Under the pieces are notes generated by a model. That model did not search any database, was not told the origin of the DNA, and saw only the letters and a program-made list of their open reading frames with translations. 64,000 nucleotides of DNA from Kiritimatiellia bacterium (lineage in GTDB: Bacteria; Verrucomicrobiota; Kiritimatiellia; JAAZAB01). A program made the position numbers and the translations under genes. Shown here piece by piece: positions 17,790-28,938 of the stretch; the stretch's first letter is position 1; each line of letters opens with the position of its first letter. The stretch is taken from the NCBI GenBank assembly GCA_040767085.1, contig JAXGPF010000004.1:1-64000 (forward strand). Reading direction: 5' to 3'.

Positions 17790-18404
17790 CTACGGGGAGT
17801 CGGATGCCGCCGCCACGGCATATGCCGGTAAATTATCGGAATCGCGCCAGACCAGCCAATCCAAAACCAGACGGATGTCATGCCGGTTGGGATGTTCCGG
17901 CCGGGCGGAGATGCTCAAGGCTGAAACGGCCACCATGGGGTTTTCCTCTTCCATTTTTGCCAGGAACCCGGCCAAGGCGCTTAAATTGCCCTCCGCCGCC
18001 ACACGGACGGCGTAAACCTGGCATAGTTTTTCGGAAGTTTCCAGGGGAATGGTTCCCTCGTCCAGCACGCTGACGATGTCCAGGGCGGAGGCTGCCGCCC
18101 ACTGGCGCACTTGCTCATTCATACCCAGCAGGTAATTGCCCAGGACCGGCAGGGGCAGGTATGGCGTTAATTCTGCCAAGCGGCGGCGTTCCTCCGTCAG
18201 CCGGGCCAGGATGTCCGCCCGGCCGCGCACCACCGCGCGGGCGGCGTCCAGTTTGGCCTGCAAGACCAGCGTCTGGGCGGTATGCTTTTTCCAGTTATTA
18301 ATCATGGGCGCCAGCAGGAAATTAACGGCCGCGAACAACGCCCCCGCCGCCAGGATGGCGCCCATGATCAACATCTGCATCTGTTCTTTTTTCGTGCGCG
18401 CCAT
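17790..18404 (-). CDS. PilO/GspM-like protein
   Basis: N-terminal TM, coiled coil, VRVAAEGNLSALAGFLAKME ferredoxin-like pattern. Confidence 0.7.
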   Translation of the reverse strand: MARTKKEQMQMLIMGAILAAGALFAAVNFLLAPMINNWKKHTAQTLVLQAKLDAARAVVRGRADILARLTEERRRLAELTPYLPLPVLGNYLLGMNEQVRQWAAASALDIVSVLDEGTIPLETSEKLCQVYAVRVAAEGNLSALAGFLAKMEEENPMVAVSALSISARPEHPNRHDIRLVLDWLVWRDSDNLPAYAVAAASDSP

Positions 18405-18441
18405 AATTCCGCCGCACAACCGGCGCCTGCGCCGCCGATTG

Positions 18442-19062
18442 TCATCGCCTTAATACAAGGTTGCGCTTGATAAAACGGCCTTCCATTTCAAAAATCCTGA
18501 TATCCTCGCCGGACTGCTCCGCGTCGGCCGCGAAACGTTTAATGGCGACTTCTTCCATGACCCCGTCGAACGGAGGCCGCGACTTCAAGGCGGTGTGCAA
18601 CAGGCGCACATCGGCGTCGGCGCCCTGGCCGGCCGCGCGGCCGCGCAAATACACGCCGCCGTTCCGGTGCGGTTCAGAACCGGCCCCTTCCACATGATTT
18701 TGCATGGTCAGGCGCGTCAATTGGATGTTGGCCGGCACGGACAACTGCAAGGCGCGCAGGCAACCGCTGTGGCTCAGGCGATTCGTCCGCCAGCCTTCCA
18801 GCAGGTTGACCAATGCCTGCAGCCTGGTCAGATCGCCGCGGGTTTTCACGACAGACTCGTAAACCGGTTCGATGTCCTTCTGCTGGCTTTGCACCGCCGC
18901 ATATGCCAACCGCGCGCCGCGGGCGCCCATGACCAGGCCCGCCAGGCCCATCGCCAGCAACGCCCCCAGCACGATCAGCGTCGTGTGCAGGACGAACTTC
19001 ATGCTCACGTCGCTTCCGCTGCGGCGCTCGGAATCAAGGATTAAATTAACATGCAAACTCAT
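18442..19062 (-). CDS. PilN-like protein
   Basis: N-terminal VNLI motif, TM, coiled coil, VPANIQLTRL. Confidence 0.7.
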   Translation of the reverse strand: MSLHVNLILDSERRSGSDVSMKFVLHTTLIVLGALLAMGLAGLVMGARGARLAYAAVQSQQKDIEPVYESVVKTRGDLTRLQALVNLLEGWRTNRLSHSGCLRALQLSVPANIQLTRLTMQNHVEGAGSEPHRNGGVYLRGRAAGQGADADVRLLHTALKSRPPFDGVMEEVAIKRFAADAEQSGEDIRIFEMEGRFIKRNLVLRR

Positions 19063-20081
19063 GATTTCAACCGTTGCTCCGCGAACAATCCCAGCGCGGC
19101 GCCGATGGCGGCGCTCAACCGGGCGGACTGCGGCTCCACGGCCGGCGGCAAGGCGCCCTCCTGAATTTCCACCGCCGCCAGCGGATTCCATGGTTCAATT
19201 TCCACTCCCACGCCCGACCTGATTTCCGCCATCCATTCCCGGGCCATCCAATCCTCCGAGGCCACGAACATCCGGGATACGTGGCAATTATCGCGCCGCT
19301 CGATGAAATGCTTGGAAATCACCAATTGCTTGACAAAGGGCTCCATGGCGCTCTTGACCATTTGGGAAACGTCAAACGAGCCGTTCACCAGGATATCCCG
19401 GGCCGTGGTCTGGTCCACGCCGAGATTTTTCCGCAGCAGGTCCAAAAGGTGGAGCAGGCCGAAATCGAACTTGCGGATCAGCAGCAATTCCCCTTTCCGG
19501 AAAAAAGCGGCAAAGGAGACCCGGCCATAACTGACGATGCAGCCGATATCCTCTTCGGTTTGCATGGCCGGCGCCGCCAGGCAGAAATTCGTCAGCGCGG
19601 CCAGGCCGTCCACTTCCAGGGCCGCCGGCGCCGGGAGTCCGGTCCGGAAAATGCCGCAAGCCGCCTGGGCTGAATCTTCCGGCACCGCCGCCGCCAATAC
19701 CTTGGTTTCGGCACGGTTGCGCGGGGATGGCAGCGTGCGGTAGGCCACGCGGAATTTTTCGTGGTCCAATCCCAGGCTGCCCCAGATTTGTTCCGTGGGA
19801 TCTTCCTCCAACTGGCCGGGCAGATTCAGCAGTTTGATGACCGCGTCATCGCCGGGAATGCAGATGGCGACATAGTGCGACAGCAACGGTTTGGGGATGA
19901 TCAGCGAAGGCGCTCCTGCCAGCAATGTGACCGGCGGCAGGATATCCGCGGCCAGCAATACCGCCCCGCCGTTTTTGGCCCGTAAACGCGCGCAATATGT
20001 CCCGGCGTGTCCAAAATGCACCGCCAGAATATCCTGCGTAATTTGGGCGCCGGACTTGAATATATGCTTGATTGAGATCAT
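19059..20081 (-). CDS. PilM-like actin-fold assembly protein
   Basis: AVIKLLNLP, VLAAAVP, ALEVDGLA, PWNPL, AAIGAALG; first gene of pilMNOP-like run. Confidence 0.75.
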   Translation of the reverse strand: MISIKHIFKSGAQITQDILAVHFGHAGTYCARLRAKNGGAVLLAADILPPVTLLAGAPSLIIPKPLLSHYVAICIPGDDAVIKLLNLPGQLEEDPTEQIWGSLGLDHEKFRVAYRTLPSPRNRAETKVLAAAVPEDSAQAACGIFRTGLPAPAALEVDGLAALTNFCLAAPAMQTEEDIGCIVSYGRVSFAAFFRKGELLLIRKFDFGLLHLLDLLRKNLGVDQTTARDILVNGSFDVSQMVKSAMEPFVKQLVISKHFIERRDNCHVSRMFVASEDWMAREWMAEIRSGVGVEIEPWNPLAAVEIQEGALPPAVEPQSARLSAAIGAALGLFAEQRLKS

Positions 20082-20167
20082 GCCAAGCGGACGGCGACTT
20101 TGGCAAACCATAGCACCAAGGCTATTTAATGATTAATTTATCACATATTCCCGGTAACTTGTCCAGA

Positions 20168-21442
20168 CTAAATTCCCCAAAATAGCCAAGTCCACCAGGC
20201 GGCCGCCGCCACTGCTATCGCCGTGAACGGCAGGCCGATTTTCATGAAGCCTGCAAATTTAACCGGATAGCCCTCGCGCCGCAGGATGCCAATGGCGACA
20301 ATATTGGCCGAAGCGCCGATGGGCGTAATATTGCCGCCAATACTGGCGCCCAGCAGCAGCCCGAACAAAAGCACGGTCGGATCGCAGCCCATCCGCTCCG
20401 ACATCCGCATCACCACCGGCAGCATCGCCGCCAGGAAAGGCACATTATCCACAAAACCGGAGATCGCCACTGACACGGCAATCAGCAGAACATACCCCAG
20501 GAGGATGTTGACGCCGATCATGCCGGCAAAAGCATCCGCAATGCGCTCCGTCCAACCGGTATGCGTCAGGCTGCCGACCAGCACGAAAACGCCCATCAGG
20601 AAAAAAGTCGTGTCCCAGTCCAGGCCCTTGATCCGGTCAATCAAAGGCCCCCGATTGCAGGCGATATCCCAAGCCAGGCCGGCCGCCGCCACGGCCAGGC
20701 AGAGCGCGCCCGCCAACCACTGGAAATCCGGATCAAAAAACGACGAGCAAGCCAATCCCGCCACCAGCGCCAGCAGCAGCCAGGTCGGCACCCAGGTCCG
20801 CACCGTCTCGTGCAGGGGCAGATCAATGCGCCGGCGACCGCGGCGAAAGAAGAAATACAGCACCGCCAGGGAGGCCAGGGCGCCTACCTGCACCGAGAAA
20901 AATATCCCCGGCCGCCCGCGGTAAATTATGAAATCCATGAAGCTCATCCTGGCATACCCGGCCAGGAGCATGCTGGGCGGATCGCCAATCAACGTCGCTG
21001 CGCCCTGCAGGTTGGAGGAAACCGCCAAGGCGATCAGCAGGGTGGTCGGATTTATCTTTAACTTGCGCGCCAACGCCAGCGCGATGGGAGCCATGATCAG
21101 GACCGTGGCGACATTTTCCACGAAGGCCGAAATCAGGCCGGTCAGCAGGCAGAGCAGCAACATCGCCCAACATGTATTGCCGGACAGGTTGACGATTTTT
21201 TCAGCCAACACCGCCGGCATGCGGCTTTCAATGAAAAAATCGGCCAGGACGAGCGTGCCGACAAAAATACCCATGACATTCCAATTGATGGCCAGGAGCG
21301 CCTCGTGCGGCGTCAACACCCGGGCCACCAGCAGGCAGACCGCGGCAATGATGGCCGTCAGAGAACGCCGGCGGGGAAAAACCACAAAAGCAATATAAGC
21401 GGCGACGAATAAACCAATGGCCAGATTTGCGGGATGAATCAT
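20168..21442 (-). CDS. ArsB/NhaD (SLC13/CitMHS-like) anion or cation transporter
   Basis: SAFVENVATV, SNLQGAATLIGDPP, VDNVP, GGNITPIGASAN; multiple TM helices. Confidence 0.88.
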   Translation of the reverse strand: MIHPANLAIGLFVAAYIAFVVFPRRRSLTAIIAAVCLLVARVLTPHEALLAINWNVMGIFVGTLVLADFFIESRMPAVLAEKIVNLSGNTCWAMLLLCLLTGLISAFVENVATVLIMAPIALALARKLKINPTTLLIALAVSSNLQGAATLIGDPPSMLLAGYARMSFMDFIIYRGRPGIFFSVQVGALASLAVLYFFFRRGRRRIDLPLHETVRTWVPTWLLLALVAGLACSSFFDPDFQWLAGALCLAVAAAGLAWDIACNRGPLIDRIKGLDWDTTFFLMGVFVLVGSLTHTGWTERIADAFAGMIGVNILLGYVLLIAVSVAISGFVDNVPFLAAMLPVVMRMSERMGCDPTVLLFGLLLGASIGGNITPIGASANIVAIGILRREGYPVKFAGFMKIGLPFTAIAVAAAAWWTWLFWGI

Positions 21443-21477
21443 AAGCGGCATGGGGAAACAGCAATCCAATGACTTTC

Positions 21478-21536
21478 ATCCGTGACGGGGGTTTATGTTG
21501 TTAACCTTAATCCGTGACGGGATTTTGTGTTGTTAA
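21478..21536. promoter_or_regulatory. Tandem 27-bp direct repeat, putative operator
   Basis: ATCCGTGACGGG-GGTTTATGTTGTTAA (21478-21504) and ATCCGTGACGGG-ATTTTGTGTTGTTAA (21510-21536). Confidence 0.6.
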
Positions 21537-21794
21537 GATATTGTTCACACCAACAACAATTTATGGCATTTTAAAATATCACCTGAAATACAACACGCTG
21601 TTTGACGGAAAAAACCGCCCTGCGGGTGAGGCCGGGATGTCGCATCTGCTTTGTTGCGGAGGACTCGCGGTATGCTTATATAGCTTCATCCTTCGCGCCC
21701 ACGCGCTACGCGTGGCAAGCGCGCATCCCGATCCCAATCATATTGGGATGCGGCATACTGACCACATCACGAATTCAGGAATGATTGATCAAAC

Positions 21795-21838
21795 AAAAAA
21801 ACGCTCCGCTGCCGGCAAGGTCATCGGCAACGGAGCGT
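21795..21838 (-). terminator. Rho-independent terminator of pilin gene
   Basis: ACGCTCCGTTGCCGA...CCGGCAGCGGAGCGT stem followed by T run on minus strand. Confidence 0.8.
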
Positions 21839-21858
21839 AGATTCACCGGCCCATGGAC

Positions 21859-22260
21859 TTACTCAAGGGGCAACGCATGCGGATAGTTGGAATCCGTGCC
21901 GCGAATCTCACAAGCGGCGTTGGATCCGAGAATTTGATCGGCGCCGTAACTTGCTTCCGCGGCAGCCGCACCGGTCTTGGCCTCACCAGCACCAGGAACA
22001 TAATTCGGGCAAACCGGCCATTGCTTGATGAAGTTATCGCGCCCGACCAGATTCGTCAGAGGAATAATCGAATTATTCGTCAAGCCGGTTTCCATGCCCA
22101 ACTGTTCCTTGCCGGACTCGATCTGGCGCAGGTTATTGATGCAGGCGTTCATCTGCGAGGTCGTCCGGGCCCGCATGAATGACGGAATCGCAATCGCGGC
22201 CAACAAACCAATGATCGCAACCACGATCATGATTTCTACCAACGTAAAACCTTTTTTCAT
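21859..22260 (-). CDS. Type IV pilin (prepilin cleavage/methylation domain)
   Basis: MKKG|FTLVEIMIVVAIIGLLAAIAIP class III signal peptide. Confidence 0.93.
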   Translation of the reverse strand: MKKGFTLVEIMIVVAIIGLLAAIAIPSFMRARTTSQMNACINNLRQIESGKEQLGMETGLTNNSIIPLTNLVGRDNFIKQWPVCPNYVPGAGEAKTGAAAAEASYGADQILGSNAACEIRGTDSNYPHALPLE

Positions 22261-22390
22261 TTTTATTTCCTATCTATCTGATATTTCTGAATTTTCCCAA
22301 TCTTTACAAAACCGAATTTTAAAAAATGTACTTACCACCTCCCCTCCATATTTTTTATGTCTGAAAAACAAATCAACAAGAATACATTCA

Positions 22391-22406
22391 AGCAAGTATT
22401 ATGCCA
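22391..22406 (-). promoter_or_regulatory. Sigma-54 (-24/-12) promoter of pilin gene
   Basis: TGGCAT-AATAC-TTGCT on minus strand, matches TGGCAC-N5-TTGCW spacing; adjacent to sigma-54 activator gene. Confidence 0.8.
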
Positions 22407-22532
22407 TTTTAACAACAACCATACAAATCCCTGAAAACCCCTGAAAATTCAAGCAACGCCAATAATAAACGCTGCACAAATTATCATAATTGCGAGCGTT
22501 TTGTCGTTTATCAGAAAAAGCAAAACTGAGAA

Positions 22533-23906
22533 TCACTCCTCTTTCGGCTCTGGGAGTTTGCGGTATAAGGTTGCCAGACTTATTTTTAAGGCTTTGGCTG
22601 CCATCTGCTTATCGCCATCGGTGTTTTTGAGAACCTGAGCGAGATATTCTTTCTCCTTGGTTCTCAAAAAGGCTTTCAGTGATTTACCACGAAAATCCTC
22701 TCTTTTCGCTCCGGATACTGCGCCTTCGAAGTAATTTGAATTTTTGATCATTTTGGCGGGTAAACATGACATGCCAATAACATTATCCTTCGCAAATGTC
22801 AAGGCATGTTTTATCGCGTTTTCCAACTCGCGGATATTGCCTGGCCAGGCATACTGCTCAAAGAACATTATGACTTCCGGCTTGATTTCCGGCAATGCGC
22901 CGCGTTCCCCGATCTCTTTGCGGAGAAAGTGCTGCACCAGCGGCAGAATATCTTCCGTCCGTTCGCGCAAGGGCTTGATTTCAATCGGAATCACGCTCAG
23001 GCGGTAATACAAATCTTCGCGGAATGCTCCGTTTTCGATCATGGTTTCCAGGCGGCTGTTGGTTGCCGCCAGCACGCGCACATCGACCGCGATCCGATCG
23101 TTCCCCCCCACGCGTCGGATTTCCTTTTCCTGCAACACCCTCAGGAGCTTGGCCTGGATGCCCATGGGCATGGAGCTGATTTCATCCAGCAAGATCGTGC
23201 CCCCATTGGCCGCCTCAAACAAGCCTTCCTTGTCGGCCGACGCGCCTGTAAATGATCCCTTGACATGGCCGAACAACTCGGACTCAAGCAGCGGCTCCGG
23301 CAAAGCCGCGCAATTCAGCGGCAAAAACAGCTTCGCCTTGCGGTTGCTGTAGGCATGAATGGCCTTGGCGACCACTTCCTTACCGGTGCCGCTCTCGCCG
23401 TGGATCAGGACGGTGGCATCCGTCGGCGCCACGCGTTCGATCATCTCGCAGACATTCCGCATCGCCGAACTCTCGGCAATAATGTTTTCGAACCGGTAGC
23501 GCGATTCCAACTGGGCCTTGAGATTAACATTTTCGCTCAAGGTTTTGTTGTAATCCAGCGCCCGCTGCACCGTAATCAGCATTTCGTCCACTTTGAACGG
23601 CTTGGTGATATAATCGAAGGCGCCCAGTTTCATGGCCTCCACCGCGGTTTCCACGGAGCCGTAGCCGGTAACCATCAAAACCGCCATAGTCGGCTGGGCC
23701 TCGCGGGCGGCGTGCAGCAGCGTAATGCCGTCAATCGGCTTCATGCGGATATCGGAAATCATCAAATCGTACTGATTTGATTTGAATAACTCCATGGCTT
23801 TTTCGCCATTGTCAACCGGGGTGACCACATGGCCCTCCGCCTTGAGCAAAACACTCAAAACGCTCAGGATGCTGGGTTCATCGTCCACAAGTATGATTTT
23901 GGCCAT
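22533..23906 (-). CDS. Sigma-54-dependent response regulator (NtrC/PilR family)
   Basis: Receiver, GESGTGKE, GSFTGA, WPGNIREL, C-terminal Fis HTH. Confidence 0.95.
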   Translation of the reverse strand: MAKIILVDDEPSILSVLSVLLKAEGHVVTPVDNGEKAMELFKSNQYDLMISDIRMKPIDGITLLHAAREAQPTMAVLMVTGYGSVETAVEAMKLGAFDYITKPFKVDEMLITVQRALDYNKTLSENVNLKAQLESRYRFENIIAESSAMRNVCEMIERVAPTDATVLIHGESGTGKEVVAKAIHAYSNRKAKLFLPLNCAALPEPLLESELFGHVKGSFTGASADKEGLFEAANGGTILLDEISSMPMGIQAKLLRVLQEKEIRRVGGNDRIAVDVRVLAATNSRLETMIENGAFREDLYYRLSVIPIEIKPLRERTEDILPLVQHFLRKEIGERGALPEIKPEVIMFFEQYAWPGNIRELENAIKHALTFAKDNVIGMSCLPAKMIKNSNYFEGAVSGAKREDFRGKSLKAFLRTKEKEYLAQVLKNTDGDKQMAAKALKISLATLYRKLPEPKEE

Positions 23907-24088
23907 ATAGAAGCCTTGCGTACTGGCCTCAGGACGCTGCCTGCGGCGTTTCTGATCCGGCTGGTCCTGCCGGCCCGATTTGTACGGACGCCTGGTTAAA
24001 TAAAAATATTGTATATTTTAACTGGAAATTGTAAAGTTTTTTTAATTTTTACAATCTACAAAAACTGAAAACGCCATCCACCGACCAT

Positions 24089-24892
24089 ATGCGCCTTCCC
24101 CTGGAAATTTTGCGCCGCCGCGAATTGCTGCACAACCTGGTGATGCGCAACCTGAAAAGCCGGTACAAGGATTCCGCCCTGGGTTTTTTGTGGAGCATCC
24201 TGACCCCCTTGTTCATGGCCGTGATTTACGTGGTTTTCCTGCGCATCCTGGCGCGCGGCGTACCCTTGGAGGAGGTGCTGATCGGGGTTTTCGCATGGCA
24301 ATTCACGGCGCAATGCGTCGGCAACGGCCTGACCTGCATCACGGACAATGCCAACCTGGTGAAAAAGGTGTATTTCCCGAGGATCATTCTGCCAGCCGCG
24401 GCCACGCTATCCAACCTGGTGAATTTTCTGTTGACCCTGGTGGTGCAGTTCGCCTTGCTGGGAGCGCTTTTTTTCTGGCGCCATGAAACCATGGACTGGC
24501 ATGCGGTTTATATTCCCCTGTTGATCCTGGGACACACCGCTTTTTGCTTCGCTCTGGCGGTCTTTTTGTCCTGCATTAATGTGTATTTCCGCGATATCCA
24601 GCACCTGGTCAACGTCGGCATGACCGCCTGGTTTTTCCTGACCCCGGCGATGTATTCCATGAGCCTGGTGGAAAAACTGGCGCTGGACCGGCAAATCCCC
24701 TGGTTGACCCAGGTTTACATGCTGAACCCGATGGCGGTGATTATCAACGGCTACCGCGCCATGATCTTGAACGGCAACCACTTTGCAATGTCCTGGGCGG
24801 CAGCGGCGTCCATCGCCGGCGCACTGGCATTCCTGGCGGGCGCCATCTGGCTGTTCCAGCGGCTGCAGCGCAATTTTTCCGATATGTTCTGA
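24089..24892 (+). CDS. wzm: ABC-2 polysaccharide export permease
   Basis: NLKSRYKDSALGFLWSILTPL, YFPRIILP, FRDIQHL, LNPM. Confidence 0.9.
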   Translation: MRLPLEILRRRELLHNLVMRNLKSRYKDSALGFLWSILTPLFMAVIYVVFLRILARGVPLEEVLIGVFAWQFTAQCVGNGLTCITDNANLVKKVYFPRIILPAAATLSNLVNFLLTLVVQFALLGALFFWRHETMDWHAVYIPLLILGHTAFCFALAVFLSCINVYFRDIQHLVNVGMTAWFFLTPAMYSMSLVEKLALDRQIPWLTQVYMLNPMAVIINGYRAMILNGNHFAMSWAAAASIAGALAFLAGAIWLFQRLQRNFSDMF

Positions 24893-26067
24893 TGCATGCG
24901 ATTGAAGTCCAACATTTAACCAAAAACTACTGGATGCAAGGCGGCGAACCGCCGACGCTGGCCGGCATGCTGGCGCGCGGGCTGGCGCCGCGCCGCCGCC
25001 GCGTCATCCAGGCGCTGCAGGATGTGAGTTTCACCGTGGCGCCGGGTGAGACCATCGGCGTGATCGGACCAAACGGATCGGGCAAAAGCTCCCTGCTGGG
25101 GCTGCTGGCCGGGACCACCACCGCGACGGCCGGCACGGTCAAACTCCAGGGATCGGTTTCCTCCCTCCTGGAATTGGGAGCGGGTTTCCACTCCGAACTG
25201 ACCGGACGCGAGAACATTTTTCTGAACGGGGCGATCCTGGGAATTCCCCGGGCAACGATCCTGGAGCGATTTGACCGGATTGTGGAATTCGCCGGTATCC
25301 GGGAATTTTTGGACATGCCCGTCAAGCACTATTCCAGCGGCATGTATGTCCGGCTCGGGTTCGCCGTGGCCGTGGAGATTGATCCCGACATCCTGCTGAT
25401 TGACGAAGTTCTGGCCGTCGGCGATGTCGCTTTCCAGACCAAGTGCCTGGCGCGCATTCGCGATTTTCAAAAGCGCGGCAAGACGCTGCTGCTCGTGTCG
25501 CACGCCCTCCAGACGGTCGAGGAATTCTGCAGCCGGGTGTTCCTGATTCACCAGGGGCGGCTGGTGGACCAGGGCGACCCGGCGGACGTTATTTTCAATT
25601 ACCTGCGCTCCTACATGGGGGAAGGCGGCGGCGTGCATACCGTCGAGTACGGCAACCGCGAGGTCAGCATCGTCAACGTGCGTTTCCTGGACGCCGCCGG
25701 CCGGGAAACCGGCGCCATGACCACCGGGCAGCCGATGGCCGTGGAAATTTCCTACCAGGCCACCCGCCGGATTGAACGTCCGGTGTTCGGCTTTTCCATC
25801 AAAACTGGCAACGGCATGTTCGTCTTCGGCTCCAACACCCAACTGGCGGGCAGCCGGATCGAAGCCATTGAAGGCGCCGGCCGCCTTTTGCTGCATTTTG
25901 ACTCGCTCAGCCTGATGCAAGGGAACTTTTTCCTGTCGGTTTCAATCCACTCCTGGGATCATGCCGTTCAGTTTCACCGCCGGGAAGACTGGTATCCGTT
26001 CGTCGTCAAAAATCCCACCGGCGCCCTGGGCCTTTTTTACATCAACACCCGCTGGGAAACAAACTGA
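24892..26067 (+). CDS. wzt: ABC polysaccharide export ATPase with Wzt C-terminal domain
   Basis: GPNGSGKS, YSSGMYVRL, IDEVLAVGD, C-terminal beta domain. Confidence 0.92.
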   Translation: MHAIEVQHLTKNYWMQGGEPPTLAGMLARGLAPRRRRVIQALQDVSFTVAPGETIGVIGPNGSGKSSLLGLLAGTTTATAGTVKLQGSVSSLLELGAGFHSELTGRENIFLNGAILGIPRATILERFDRIVEFAGIREFLDMPVKHYSSGMYVRLGFAVAVEIDPDILLIDEVLAVGDVAFQTKCLARIRDFQKRGKTLLLVSHALQTVEEFCSRVFLIHQGRLVDQGDPADVIFNYLRSYMGEGGGVHTVEYGNREVSIVNVRFLDAAGRETGAMTTGQPMAVEISYQATRRIERPVFGFSIKTGNGMFVFGSNTQLAGSRIEAIEGAGRLLLHFDSLSLMQGNFFLSVSIHSWDHAVQFHRREDWYPFVVKNPTGALGLFYINTRWETN

Positions 26068-26079
26068 AGGGAGGACACC

Positions 26080-26595
26080 ATGGAAATCCTGCCGGCCATT
26101 CAACAACGCCGCTCCGTCCGCGCCTACACCGCGCAGCCGGTGCCGGAAACACAACTCCAGGCGGTGCTGGAAGCCGCGCGCCTGGCGCCGTCCGCGCGCA
26201 ACCTGCAGGCATGGCGCTTCATCGTCGTTCGCGCCGCCGCCACCCGGGCGCGGCTGGCGGCGGCGGCCAACCGCCAGGCGTTTGTCGGGCAGGCGCCGGT
26301 GGTTATCGCCGGCTGCGCCGTCAACACGGAATATGTCATGCGCGGCGGACAGCTGGCCTACCCGATTGATCTGGCCATCGCCCTGGACCACATGACCTTG
26401 CAAGCCGCGGCCGCCGGCCTGGGGACATGCTGGATCGGTTCTTTTTTGGAAGACGAGGTGCGCCATGTCCTCGGCATACCCGACGGGGTGCGGGTCGTTT
26501 GCCTGCTGACCCTGGGATATCCCGCCGACGTCCCGCCGCCGAAAAACCGGCGGCCGGCGGCGCAGATCATCGCCCATGAGCGGTGGACGTTTTAA
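26080..26595 (+). CDS. Nitroreductase family protein
   Basis: RRSVRAY, APSARNLQAW, GLGTCWIG, LGYP. Confidence 0.92.
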   Translation: MEILPAIQQRRSVRAYTAQPVPETQLQAVLEAARLAPSARNLQAWRFIVVRAAATRARLAAAANRQAFVGQAPVVIAGCAVNTEYVMRGGQLAYPIDLAIALDHMTLQAAAAGLGTCWIGSFLEDEVRHVLGIPDGVRVVCLLTLGYPADVPPPKNRRPAAQIIAHERWTF

Positions 26596-27519
26596 CCAGC
26601 CGGCCAGGCCAGGCGCGGCACTGCCAGGTCGGCGGCCCGCCGGTACTGGAAAACGGTCAGCAGCAGGATATTCCGCTCCGCCAGCGCCCGGCAGCGCGCC
26701 TGGTAAAGCTGGCAGCCGCGGTACAAGTCCTCAAAACGCCCGAAGGGATAACGCCAGTCCCGGCGCCAAACCAGCTCGCCTGGAACGGCGCCGGGCCGGA
26801 AAATCGGTCCGCGGATGGTTTTAAAACGGTTTAAGACGCGCGCGCACCATTCTTCCACCGGCTGCCGGCGGGCAATGATGTCGGCTGGAGAAAACCACCA
26901 GATGAAAAGCCGCCGCCAGCGCCACTCGAAAATCATCAGCTTGCTGCCCGCGTCGAAGGCCGTACCGGTCAATTGGAAGCAGGCGTTCAATTGAAAAGCA
27001 AAATCGAACACCGCCCACTCCGCCAATGCGCCGCCGCCAAGCGTGAAGCTGGCTGCTAACTGGCGCATGATCCGCAGCGGCTCGCGCAGGCTGGCCTGCT
27101 CGAAATGCAGCGTGAACACCCCGGTGAAATTGACGCCGGCCAGGCAAATGGCGTTTAACCGCCGGCGCCCGTCCGGCATGGTGTATAAGGCGGCGGTCCA
27201 GCCGGGCGGCAGTTCCCCGACGGGGGACGCCTTGGCTTCGGCCCGGCGCATCTCCGCGGCCAGCGCGTCAAACCGGCGGCGCACCTGTCCGGTATCCGGG
27301 CGGCGGCGGGAATGCGACCACTCCATTTCCAGGCGGAGCGCGGCATCGTCTTCCATGGCCAGGCGCGACAGGCCGCCGCGCGTTTCATGGCGCGCAAGGT
27401 TCCAGTCCCATGGCGTATCGAAGGCGAACCCGTCCCAGGCGAAGCGGCGGGTAATTTTGGCGGGGGACACGGGCATAATACATCCGGCCAGCCGGCGCGT
27501 TGGCAGGGTCCGGCCGGCG

Positions 27520-27527
<8 letters not shown>
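26592..27527 (-). CDS. Conserved-looking hypothetical soluble protein, last gene of ABC/PqqD operon (start 27527 or 27476)
   Basis: Overlaps stop of upstream ATPase; Trp-rich, with two similar FAWDGFAF / WAVFDFAF segments. Confidence 0.7.
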
Positions 27528-28256
<729 letters not shown>

Positions 28257-28260
<4 letters not shown>

Positions 28261-28922
28261 TCCTCAACCCTCATGGCATCGACCGGCTGCTTGCGGGCGG
28301 CCCAGTAAGCCGGGGCGATGGACGCGGCCACCGACATCAACGATCCGATCAAAAGCGCCAGGACCGACGCCCGCCCCACCTCCCACACCGGGAAACACTG
28401 CGCCACGAAACGCCCGTAGGAAAAAGCGCCGATGGCCACCGCCACCAGCAAACCGATCAACACGCCCAGCACCGTGCCCAGCACCCCCTGCATGGAAGAT
28501 TCGATGAAATACGTCTTCACGATGAATGCATCCTGCGCGCCCAGGCATTTCAGCGTGCCGATTTCCTTGATGCGCTCGGTCACCGACATCAGCATGGCGT
28601 TAACGATGCCCACCAGGCAGGTCAGCAGCGAAAGGACGATCAGCAGGATCATCATCGTGTCCGCGCCGCGGTCGGCCAGGATGTCCACGCCGGATTTCTG
28701 CAGCAGGATGTTCACTTGATCGTTCCGCATGGCCAGCAGGGCGTCCACGATGCTGTCGTTCACCAGCATGTAGGTCAGGAAGGCGATGCCCAGCACCACC
28801 CCCAGCATCGTAATCAGGGAACGCAGGAAACGCCGGCAAAGGCTGCCCCAGCTGACCGCGAACGCCACGCCCCAGGGGACGCGGTTCTGCTCCGGAATCA
28901 CACCATGTATTTCAGACGCCAT
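28257..28922 (-). CDS. Short FtsX-like permease lacking large periplasmic domain
   Basis: SVTERIKEIGTLKCLGA, PAYWAARKQPVDAMR; four TM helices. Confidence 0.9.
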
Positions 28923-28938
28923 AAGCCGGTTCCGTCTT

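Noticed and set aside
20098-20120. Sigma-54 promoter before pilM-like gene
   Set aside because: GG to GC spacing on the minus strand is 11 nt, not 10
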